Shown here piece after piece: positions 10,128 to 20,994 of a DNA stretch of 64,000 nt. A program made the translations under genes and the position numbers. Under the pieces are notes generated by a model. It had not been told where the DNA came from, made no database searches, and saw only the letters and a list, made by a program, of their open reading frames with translations. The DNA is from Microcoleus sp. (GTDB lineage: Bacteria > Cyanobacteriota > Cyanobacteriia > Cyanobacteriales > Microcoleaceae), in assembly GCA_042408215.1 (NCBI GenBank), contig JAYFMW010000020.1, forward strand, positions 649,039-713,038, read 5' to 3'. How positions within the stretch are numbered: the stretch's first letter is position 1; each line of letters starts with the position of its first letter.

Positions 10128-11237
10128 ATGAATAACCCAGAACAAATCACTACTATTTTAATTGTAGAGGACGAACTTTTGATCGCCAAAAATTTGTCCT
10201 CAAAATTAGAAAAATTGGGATACAAAATTATAGATATCGTTTCTTCAGGAGCCGATGCTATACAGCGGGTGGATGAAATTAAGCCAGATTTAATCTTGAT
10301 GGATCTAGTCATCAAAGGCGACATTGACGGCATAGAAACAGCAGCTATAATTAATCAAGAATTAGATATCCCAATTATCTATACAACTGCCTATGCAGAC
10401 GACGAAACATTGCAGAGAGCAGAAAATACGGGTGCTTACGGCTACCTACTCAAACCGATTAAAGAAAGAGAACTGCACGCCACCATTAAGATAGCACTGA
10501 GCAAGCACAAAGAAGCACTGAGAATGCGAAATTTAATTGCATTAGCAGCAGCGCAGAGCGAAAAAAAATCGCAACTTCTTTCAATGGCATACCACGATTT
10601 AAACACTCCCTTAACTACCATACAGTTATCGGCGGAAATGCTGGAAGATTTGGCACCGGGTGGGACGCCAGTCACCATAAATAAAAATGTCGATCGCATT
10701 AAAAAAGCGGTCAGCAATATGAGTGAATTGCTCGAGGATATTTTAACTATCGGCAAGGCAGAGTCAGGGAAAATTGAATTAAATTTAAAGCCCGTAAATT
10801 TGATTTATTTATGCACCTCGATTTTGGCAGAAATGCAACCGATTGTCACTCATAAACACCGAGTAACTTTACAAATTAAAAAAGAACCCCTCCACGCTGT
10901 TCTGGATGCAAAATTGCTCAACTACCTCCTGATTAATTTGCTATCAAATGCCATAAAATATTCTCCCGATGGCGGCACAATCAGTCTAGAATTAAACTGC
11001 GATGACCAGCAGGTCATTTTTGGCGTCCGAGATCAGGGCATTGGCATTCCACTCGAATATAGAGGGAAACTTTTTCAGCAGTTTGAACGAGCTGCTAATG
11101 TAGGTAATATTAAAGGCTCGGGGTTGGGACTCTGCATTGTCAAACACATAGTTGACCTGCACGGCGGTACAATAAGTGTGGAAAGTGCGATCGGTAAAGG
11201 TACTGCATTTACTGTCTCCCTACCTTTATATAGTTGA
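10128..11237 (+). CDS. Receiver-domain (hybrid) histidine kinase REC-HisKA-HATPase
   Basis: ILIVEDE...LILMD...KP receiver; HDLNTPL H-box; NLLSNAIKYS, DQGIG, GSGLGL. Confidence 0.92.
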   Translation: MNNPEQITTILIVEDELLIAKNLSSKLEKLGYKIIDIVSSGADAIQRVDEIKPDLILMDLVIKGDIDGIETAAIINQELDIPIIYTTAYADDETLQRAENTGAYGYLLKPIKERELHATIKIALSKHKEALRMRNLIALAAAQSEKKSQLLSMAYHDLNTPLTTIQLSAEMLEDLAPGGTPVTINKNVDRIKKAVSNMSELLEDILTIGKAESGKIELNLKPVNLIYLCTSILAEMQPIVTHKHRVTLQIKKEPLHAVLDAKLLNYLLINLLSNAIKYSPDGGTISLELNCDDQQVIFGVRDQGIGIPLEYRGKLFQQFERAANVGNIKGSGLGLCIVKHIVDLHGGTISVESAIGKGTAFTVSLPLYS

Positions 11238-11364
11238 GTGTTGATTGTTGACAGTTGTTGAGTGTTGACAAGGGAATATTTTGATTTTACTTTAAGCTTT
11301 TTATCAACAGGCTTTCTGGCCTGTTCCACAAGCAAGAAATTTCTTTCCTACTGTTTTATGAAGT

Positions 11365-11748
11365 GTAGGGACACGGCAATGCCGTGTCCCTACGGGTTTA
11401 TGAAGTGTAGGGACACTCCAGGAGCCCATTAGTGTCAACTTAAGCCTGAAACCCTTGAGAAATCTGGGTTTTACGCCAAGTCTAGATCCCCCTAAATCCC
11501 CCTTAAGAAGGGAGTAGGGTGTGAGTAGGGGGTGACTTTGAGAAGACTCCTGTCCCCCCCTGGTTGTTGGGGGACTTTGAGAAGACTCCTGTCCCCCCCT
11601 TCTTAAGGGGGGCTAGGGGGGATCTAGACTTGGCTATGAACGAGGGATACCAAGGCTTTCAGGCTTAAGTTGACACCAATAGGCACGCGCTTAGTGTCCC
11701 TACGGGGATCGATAGGCGGGTGTACTTCATCAACATGGAATCTGCTGT
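11365..11748. repeat. GTAG-REP palindrome followed by nested REP/MITE composite
   Basis: Perfect palindrome GTAGGGACACGGCA-A-TGCCGTGTCCCTAC (11365-11393). A second REP (11407-11703) is split by a TGTCAACTTAAGCCTGAAA...TTTCAGGCTTAAGTTGACA element that itself contains a GATCCCCC...GGGGGATC palindromic core. Confidence 0.85.
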
Positions 11749-11769
11749 AATTCAGGACTAAATTCCTGA

Positions 11770-12090
11770 CTACAAACCTATTGATTGTCCGAGCCAATCG
11801 AGATAAGCCTCGCTACCGGCGACAATCGGAATAGCAATAATTTCGGGAACTTCATAGGAATGCATTGCCCGCACTTTTGTTTTTAAATCCTCAAATTTAG
11901 CCAAGTCAGTTTTCATCACCAACTGCCACTCAGCAGCGGAATGAATCTCGCCTTGCCAAGCATAAATAGAGCGAATTGGCGACAAACTCACACAAGCAGC
12001 TAGCTGATTTTCAACTAGAGATTTTGCGATCGCCTCTGCCTCCACCTCCGAATCAGCAGTTACCAAAACTACCACAAAATTACTGTTCAT
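11770..12090 (-). CDS. cutA: Divalent-cation tolerance protein CutA
   Basis: LAACVS...SIYAWQGEI...HSYEVPEII signature, 106 aa. Confidence 0.95.
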   Translation of the reverse strand: MNSNFVVVLVTADSEVEAEAIAKSLVENQLAACVSLSPIRSIYAWQGEIHSAAEWQLVMKTDLAKFEDLKTKVRAMHSYEVPEIIAIPIVAGSEAYLDWLGQSIGL

Positions 12091-12119
12091 AGTGATTAGT
12101 CAATCCTTAACGATCGACA

Positions 12120-14669
12120 TTAATGATTAATTTGCAACTTCAGGCGCACAGTGCCCTTTAATCCTGCCGGAGGTTGCCAGGAAGTTAAAGCTCGCTTGAG
12201 AGTCTCAATGGCGTCAGTTGCTTGCAGCGTCGAGGCTTGAGAATCGATCGCCACTCGGACAACCCGGCCATCTTGTACCCACAACTCCCACACTGTCTCG
12301 CCACTAACTCCAGTGGGGAGAGTCACAGATTGCAGGTATTGAGTCAAAAGTGCGATCGCCCCGGCATCCAACCCTTCGGCACTGACTATTTGCAAGGGAG
12401 AAGTGCTTTGCTGCGGGCGTTGCAAATCCCCGTAACCTCTTTCCCGCACAGGAAGTGGCGCCGACGGTGACAAAAGCCGAGTCGGGGTGACACTGCGAGT
12501 GCCGCCTCTAGTTGGCCCGATCGCCTCCTCCGACTCAAAAATACCTTCATAGCTCACCCCCTGTGGCAATTCTACAGGCACTTGGACTCGCCGACGCGAT
12601 CCATCTGGTTCGACTCGCACTTCTTCGCTCACAGCCACAAACGCCGTGTATTCTGACAGCAAGCGATAAGTCAGAGCAGTATTAGTCACAGATTCCACGA
12701 CAGATTTCGTCTCGCCACCAAACATTTGATTCATTAAATCTTTAATGCGCGATCGAGCCCAAAGTTGAGCGATCGCCTCATTGCCAAAATCAGTATTTGC
12801 GACTGTCGCGGGATTTGACTCCCGCAGCCGCACGCTGACGGAGGGAGCAAAATTAACTGGTAAAATCTGTTCGTAAGTTTTACCCCCAGCCTGAGTGCCA
12901 CGGATGCGAAGTTGGCCGCTGGTGCGATCGCCCTTTCTGCCAAACAAAACTAGAGGCTGACTAGCAAATAAATCCGGTGGCGCGATCGGATAAATATCCG
13001 GTTTTTCCCCCATTCCTTCCCAACTAATTTGAAGCTCAGTCAATACCGGATTATTAATTTGGCGAAAAAACTTTTCTGCCGCTTCTGCCGACGGTTCATC
13101 TTGACGAATTACTTGAGATGTGCCTCTTCCCACTTGGGCCAAACGGTCGATCAAAAACCGATTCACAGAACCGCCAACACCAAAACAGTAGAGTCTATTT
13201 CCCGGTTTCAGACTCCGCTGAACAAAAGCCAGCACCTCATTTTCGCCACCGATATAACCATCAGTGATTAATACAATACTCCGCAACCTTCCTGTTTTTG
13301 GAGCCGGAAAATCCATCACGGTTCGGATGCCGTTTAGTAGTTCCGTGCCGCCGTTTGCTTGCAAGTTGTCGATATAATTAATTGCCCTTTGTCGATTTGA
13401 CGCCGTATTTGCTAAAGGAGCAGTTGAAAGTGCTTTTGCAGTGTTGGCAAAATCAATAATTGTAAAAGTATCGTTGGGATTTAAACCTTGAATAAAGCGG
13501 CGCATCAACTCCTGAGATTTTGCCAGCGGTTCGCCCTGTTGAGAACCGGAAGTATCCATCAAAAACACAACATCTTTAGGGACAATCTCATTACTTTTAT
13601 AATTCAAGGCCGGAATCAGATAAGCTGCAAAATGCCCGCCCCGATTGTCAGCTTGAGTCAGGACTGTTGCTTGAGTATTTTCGCCCGCTACTCGATAGCG
13701 TAAAATTAAATCTTTATTGGGAATTGTGTCAGAATTGGCTAATTTAACGCTAACTATCTTACCGCTGCGATCGGTGACAATTTGATGAGAAGTAGAGCGG
13801 ACATCCCTAATCGGAATTCCGCTATCTATTTCTACCGAAACAGCGATATCGTGACCCGATCGCGTTCCCGGAGGCATGACAGGCGGGTTAATGCGATCGG
13901 CATCAGAATTAACCCCCCCCTGCCCCCCCCTTGCTAAGGGGGGGGTTGGATTCAGATCGCCCCCCCTTGGTAAGGGGGGGTTGGGGGGGATCGAATTTCT
14001 CCCAATATAGCGAGGCCCTACCACCATTGGAAACACAAATTCGTAATCGCCGCCGACAAATTTGAGACTTTCCGTGTAGCGAATCGTAACTTCAATTTTT
14101 TCCCCCGGTTTGATATTAGCGAGAGACTGAGTAAAAATATTGTCCCGTTCTTGTTCCAGCAAACCCGCAGTGCGGCCTTGCTGTCTGGCTTTTTCGTAAA
14201 TTTCTAAAGCTTCATCGCGCCGTTTGATATCAGCTTTAATAGTTCGTGAGCCTATTTTAATTTCCATGTCATCCACCGCCGCTTCGTCGGGTAAAGGAAA
14301 CACATAAACAGCTTCTAAAGGTTCGGAAAAAGGATTTTCAAACTTCTGAACAACTTCGACGCGGGAGATATTGCCGGCAATTTTGGCTTTAACTTGAGTT
14401 TGCTTGAGAGGAAAGACTTGTTCTGGGCCCTTATTTTGAGTACGCACGAACAAACCGCCGACTGGACAAGGACTTTGGGGCGATCGACTCCTATGGCAAT
14501 TAACATCATTTCCAGCCAGGATATTCGGCGACTGAGACGGAGAATTTCCCCTGGGAGCTACCGCCCGCGAGGACTGCGGAGCGAGAATAGCGCCACACTC
14601 GATCGCTGCGAGGAATGCCATACCAGCAAAAAGCAACCGTTGGGGGGATATAACGCAGACAAACTTCAT
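12120..14669 (-). CDS. VIT and von Willebrand factor A domain protein (probably exported)
   Basis: VIT domain (EAVYVFPLPDEAAVDDMEIKIG); vWA MIDAS DTSGS...GGT...ITDG; hydrophobic N-terminus. Confidence 0.88.
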   Translation of the reverse strand: MKFVCVISPQRLLFAGMAFLAAIECGAILAPQSSRAVAPRGNSPSQSPNILAGNDVNCHRSRSPQSPCPVGGLFVRTQNKGPEQVFPLKQTQVKAKIAGNISRVEVVQKFENPFSEPLEAVYVFPLPDEAAVDDMEIKIGSRTIKADIKRRDEALEIYEKARQQGRTAGLLEQERDNIFTQSLANIKPGEKIEVTIRYTESLKFVGGDYEFVFPMVVGPRYIGRNSIPPNPPLPRGGDLNPTPPLARGGQGGVNSDADRINPPVMPPGTRSGHDIAVSVEIDSGIPIRDVRSTSHQIVTDRSGKIVSVKLANSDTIPNKDLILRYRVAGENTQATVLTQADNRGGHFAAYLIPALNYKSNEIVPKDVVFLMDTSGSQQGEPLAKSQELMRRFIQGLNPNDTFTIIDFANTAKALSTAPLANTASNRQRAINYIDNLQANGGTELLNGIRTVMDFPAPKTGRLRSIVLITDGYIGGENEVLAFVQRSLKPGNRLYCFGVGGSVNRFLIDRLAQVGRGTSQVIRQDEPSAEAAEKFFRQINNPVLTELQISWEGMGEKPDIYPIAPPDLFASQPLVLFGRKGDRTSGQLRIRGTQAGGKTYEQILPVNFAPSVSVRLRESNPATVANTDFGNEAIAQLWARSRIKDLMNQMFGGETKSVVESVTNTALTYRLLSEYTAFVAVSEEVRVEPDGSRRRVQVPVELPQGVSYEGIFESEEAIGPTRGGTRSVTPTRLLSPSAPLPVRERGYGDLQRPQQSTSPLQIVSAEGLDAGAIALLTQYLQSVTLPTGVSGETVWELWVQDGRVVRVAIDSQASTLQATDAIETLKRALTSWQPPAGLKGTVRLKLQINH
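13900..13992. repeat. G/C-run palindromic element inserted in frame in the VIT gene
   Basis: CCCCCCTTGCTAAGGGGGG and CCCCCCTTGGTAAGGGGGG hairpins, same family as the intergenic core elements; translated as SIPPNPPLPRGGDLNPTPPLARGGQGG. Confidence 0.8.
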
Positions 14670-15059
14670 AGCTGTTTTTTTAGCAGATTTAAGATGCTTT
14701 GTATACCATGACCTTACCGTTGGCGAAACGTTCCTGACTTAGCTTTGTGCCAAAACTGAAGGAACGGGCTCCAAAAACTTGTAGGTTTGGTCGATCGGGC
14801 GATCGACGATCGCCTACAAGATTGTATAATAAGTTAGACAATTACATAAACTCTAACCGAAACCTCTCAACCCCCTATAAATTGCAATTACTATGAATTT
14901 TATCAATCCCAAAACCGACTTTGCCTTGAAAAACTCCTGGGTTCTGCTGACAGTAAAGACATTCTGATTAGCTTCTTGAATGCCATGCTATACGAAGGAC
15001 AACCGGCGAGGGAAGATTTAGAAATTATCGATCCATATTTAGCACCCAAAATCAAAGGA

Positions 15060-15798
15060 GTCAATCGATTTTAGATTTTAGATTTTAGATTTTAGATTTA
15101 CCCCACGGATAAATGCGGGGGCTTGAGGATTTTAGATTTGGGATTTTGGATTGATTCCACGGATAAATCCGGGGGCTTGTACCACCTTTGAAATTATTGG
15201 TCAATCGATTTTAGATTTTAGATTTTAGATTTTAGATTTTAGATTTACCCCACGGATAAATGCGGGGGCTTGAGGATTTTAGATTTGGGATTTTGGATTG
15301 ATTCCACGGATAAATCCGGGGGCTTGTACCACCTTTGAAATTATTGGTCAATCGATTTTAGATTTTAGATTTTAGATTTTAGATTTTAGATTTTAGATTT
15401 ACCCCACGGATAAATGCGGGGGCTTGAGGATTTTAGATTTGGGATTTTGGATTGATTCCACGGATAAATCCGGGGGCTTGTACCACCTTTGAAATTATTG
15501 GTCAATCGATTTTAGATTTTAGATTTTAGATTTTAGATTTTAGATTTACCCCACGGATAAATGCGGGGGCTTGAGGATTTTAGATTTGGGATTTTGGATT
15601 GATTCCACGGATAAATCCGGGGGCTTGTACCACCTTTGAAATTATTGGTCAATCGATTTTAGATTTTAGATTTTAGATTTTAGATTTTAGATTTACCCCA
15701 CGGATAAATGCGGGGGCTTGAGGATTTTAGATTTGGGATTTTGGATTGATTCCACGGATAAATCCGGGGGCTTGTACCACCTTTGAAATTATTGGTCA
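15060..15798. repeat. Five tandem copies of a ~140-155 bp hairpin-plus-heptamer element
   Basis: Unit: GTCAATC(GATTTTA)4-6 GATTTA CCCCACGGATAAATGCGGGGGCTTG...TCCACGGATAAATCCGGGGGCTTGTACCACCTTTGAAATTATTG; heptamer counts 4,5,6,5,5. Confidence 0.92.
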
Positions 15799-16485
15799 AA
15801 GATACTTACTTGGATGTCAAGGCCAAGATTACTGGGGACAAGACTGCGATCGTTGAAATGCAGGTCTTGAATGTATAATCCTTCGAGAAGCGGATTTTAT
15901 ACAATGCCACCAAAGCTTATTCATTGCAATTAAAAAGCGGGGAAAACTACAATTTGTTAAATCCGGTGATTGCCTTGACAATTACGGATTTCCAAATGTT
16001 TGAAAATCTCGATACAGTGATTTCGCGATTTGTTTTCAAAGAAAAAACTTTTTTGACTGAGTATCTGCCCAATGAATTAGAAATTACCTTTGTTGAATTG
16101 CCAAAATTCAACAAGACCTTAGAGGAGTTAGAGACGCTGACTGACAAGTGGATATATTTCATGAAAACAGCTAGAACTCTCAGGTCTGTGCCGAAATAAT
16201 TGGAGGATGTACCCGAACTCCGTAAAGCTTTTGCGATCGCCAACGAAGCAAATCTAGAACCTGAAGAATTGGAAGATTTAGAGAGGCGAGAAATGTTCAT
16301 TCAAGACCAGCGCGGTGCAATCACCAAAGCTACCAGACTTGGGATGGAAGAAGGCATCAGACGAGGTATCGAACAAGGTATCGAACAAGGCATCGAACAA
16401 GGCAAGTTGCGATTAATTGTTCGTCTGTTAGAGCGGCGTTTTGGCGTACTGTCGTCGGAGAGCAAAACCCGTATCGCTCAGTTAT

Positions 16486-18034
16486 AAGAAATACCCTGAA
16501 AACCCTGTGACTTTAGTCCAGGGATGAAAGGGCGTGGCAGGATTTATCCTGCCTGTTCGTAAGTTTCAATATAACATAATGTTTAACCGTCCCCGGACAA
16601 ATACTTCTAGCAATTGAGACCAAGGTCAAGATTTGTTGAGGATTAATTAACTTGTTAATTCACGCTCTATACTAAACATAGTATCATAATAGCCAGTAAA
16701 TTAAATGTACGCAGTACAAAAAGATGTTTGGCATTTAAAAGGACTCGACAAAACCATTGTCGAACAACTCTTGAGATGGTCAAATAATCTGTTCAATGTC
16801 GGAACTTACGAAAGTCGGCAACAATACTTTAAGAACCAAAGCGTAGTTAAATATCCAGATTTGTATAAAATCACCAAAACCAACGAAAATTACGGGTTGC
16901 TATACTCTCAAGTCGCCCAGCAATCTCTTAAATCTGTCGCGGAATCTTTTACTTCTTTCCGAGCCTTAGAGAAGTTGGCAAATCAAGGATAAATCCATCA
17001 AAAACCGAGACTACCAAGGTACAGAACCAAAGGGGGAATGTACCCCGTTTCATATCCCGGTCAAGCCTTAAAGGTGATTGAAAATAAAATCAGATTACCC
17101 CTGGGGAAAAAAGGAAAAGAATACTTTGGGAAAGATGCGATTTGGGTTCCGCTACCTGAACGTATCAAGAATTGCCAGATCAAAGAACTCAGGTTAATCC
17201 CTAGAAATGGTGCGGTATGGGTCGAATATGTCCACGAAAGTCTAACTGAACAAGCTCCTAGTTGTAGCCTGGAAGTAACAGGGGTTTTGGGAATAGATCG
17301 CGGCATCAATAACTGGTTAACTTGTGTCTCTAGCAATGGTAAACCTTTCATCATTGATGGACATAGACTCAAGTCTTGGAACCAATGGTTTAACAAATAA
17401 AAAGCGAGAGTTCAATCAGAACACACAATACATAAATTACCCAAAGGTTTCTCGTCAAAAAGATTACAACAGTTGTCGGAAATTCGCACTAGAAGGATGA
17501 GAGATGCTGTCAACAAAGCAGTTAGAACCATCGTAGATTATTGCGAAAATCACCAAATAAACGTCTTAGTCTTTGGCTGGAACAAGGGACAGAAGCAAGA
17601 GGTGAATATGGGGGTCGTGACTAATCAGATTTTTGTCCAAATACCCACTGCTAAAGTCAAATATAGACTCCAGCAAGAGTGTGACTTAAGGGGGTGGCGA
17701 TTTGTCGAACAAGACGAATCTTACACATCAAAAGCAAGTTTTTTAGACCGAGACATTTTGCCAGTAAAAGTCGGTGAAAAACCTGACAATTGGCAACCAT
17801 CGGGTAAAAGAATCAAAAGAGGATTGTACCGTTCGGCTCAGGGATTAACTCTGAATGCCGATGTTAACGGTGCAGCAAACATCATCCGAAAATCAATCAT
17901 TTGCCATAGACTCAATTATTGAGAGAGTGGGTAGCGGGTTGCTGACTAATCCTTTGAGAATTAAACTTTGGGCGGATTCATCCCCCAAAGTTTGTCCTTA
18001 AGAATCCCCGTGTCTTCAGACCGGGGAATGTCAA
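16486..18034 (+). mobile_element. IS200/IS605-family tnpB-only element (copy A)
   Basis: Left-end hairpin CCCTGTGACTTTAGTCCAGGG after target TTAT; right-end hairpin CCCCGTGTCTTCAGACCGGGG ending TCAA. Removing the element restores the rpn frame. Confidence 0.92.
16705..18001 (+). pseudogene. tnpB: TnpB RNA-guided nuclease pseudogene
   Basis: Three ORF fragments (16705-16992, 17038-17400, 17473-17922) collinear with the intact copy at 50160-51464; internal stops and a 3' frameshift. Confidence 0.92.
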
Positions 18035-18203
18035 CTGCATCGCAATTAGAGAATCTAGGAGAGGCGCTATTAGACTTTACCACTTTGTCAGATTTGACAA
18101 CTTGGTTGCAAGCACATAACAATCGTCGATGATTAGTCAAATGGGTGTAGGGTAATCCCCCGTGGTTGCCCTTATGGATGACCTATGTCACATTTGAGTG
18201 TGA

Positions 18204-19895
<1,692 letters not shown>

Positions 19896-19930
19896 GCTGC
19901 TAATCGGCATTTAAATTGCGCGATCGTGCA

Positions 19931-20031
19931 ACAGTAGTCCTGGACACATAAACTCAATCTGTAGGGTGCGCCTCGGCGCACCTTGCCGCTACCAGTAGTG
20001 TTGATCTGCTGTTTTTGGGTCCAGGACTGTT
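19931..20031. repeat. Inverted-repeat element enclosing a GTAG-REP hairpin
   Basis: ACAGTAGTCCTGGAC ... GTCCAGGACTGTT flanking GTAGGGTGCGCCTCGGCGCACC. Confidence 0.6.
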
Positions 20032-20184
20032 TCGGTCAAAAGGCTACGGCGACAGGTGCAAGCAGCTTGAAAAATTGCCATCTAATTTTAGCAAGCATTG
20101 CGACTTAATTTTTGGGCTGGGATTTGAAGGATGAGTTGTCAAACTATCCTAAAATACCAGGGAACACAGGTTTGAGGAGGTCTT

Positions 20185-20607
20185 GTGGCTTACTGGATCA
20201 AATTTACTTATGAGAAAAATACATATCTAATTGACCTGGACACTATTGGTGCTTTTTCTAGCGAACTGGATAATAAGCGGCTCACATTTTGGCTGCCTAA
20301 TAGCAGTCAACCGATTATCCTGATTCCCCACGCCAACTCTGACACTTACAAGCAAGTTCTCGATTACCTCAAAAAAACGATCGATCGCAATTTTAAAGGT
20401 GCCTGGGTAAAAATCAACTATGACCGTAAAGAATTTGCGATCGATTTGAGTAGAATTAGCTCTTTTGTCTGCGAACCTAACGGTCGGCTAAGCTTTTGGC
20501 TGCCCGACAGTGCAAATACGATTATTCTCACCCGCCAAGGCAACCAGGACGCTTATCAAAAAGTGCATGACTATATTAAAAATACGACAGGACAATCTCT
20601 GCTTTGA
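20185..20607 (+). CDS. Hypothetical protein with internally duplicated ~65-aa domain
   Basis: GAGGAGG RBS before GTG; halves WIKFTYEK..LIDL..RLTFWLP and WVKINYDR..AIDL..RLSFWLP. Confidence 0.8.
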   Translation: MAYWIKFTYEKNTYLIDLDTIGAFSSELDNKRLTFWLPNSSQPIILIPHANSDTYKQVLDYLKKTIDRNFKGAWVKINYDRKEFAIDLSRISSFVCEPNGRLSFWLPDSANTIILTRQGNQDAYQKVHDYIKNTTGQSLL

Positions 20608-20621
20608 AAAAGTCATTGGTC

Positions 20622-20727
20622 ATATCTAATCCGGTAGCATCGTCCTGTATTCATCTCTCTATGCTCTCCCTCTGTGTCCTCTGTGTTCTCTGCGGTTAAA
20701 TCATTCCTATCCAACCGGAAACGAGAT
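20622..20727. repeat. MITE-like element (ATATC..TCCGG / CCGGA..GAT family)
   Basis: Near-copy of 41214-41316, with CTCTGTG-type internal repeats. Confidence 0.7.
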
Positions 20728-20994
20728 CGTTGGTTATGAGTTATTAGTTATTAGTCATGGGTGATTGGTTATGGGTTATTAGTTATTAGTCATTGGTCAA
20801 TTGCCCAAACTTTTTTAGTCATGAACCTTTCTACCTGGTGGCGTCGGGTTTTGTGTGTGTTTTTATGTCTATTTGGAAAAAGAACACCTGTTTTTGGGTA
20901 GAATATAATCTCCAATTATACTTGGAGAGGAATCGATACAGAAAAATTTATATTTAACCGATCTTGAATATATCGATCGCTCCTACTGATACAT

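Larger units (their letters stand above)
14893..18132 (+). pseudogene. Rpn-family (PD-(D/E)XK) nuclease/putative transposase with DUF4351-like tail, multiply disrupted
   Basis: MNFINPKTDFA.., DILISFLN, YLDVKA, IVEMQV, ELPKF, GIEQ repeats. Broken by an early frameshift, the 15.06-15.80 kb array, stop codons and the IS at 16486-18034. The C-terminus ..SASQLENLGEALLDFTTLSDLTTWL resumes at 18035. Confidence 0.85.

Noticed and set aside
15060..15798. CRISPR or guide-RNA array associated with the neighbouring tnpB
   Set aside because: Units are identical except for heptamer count, there are no variable spacers, and the array lies outside the IS boundaries.
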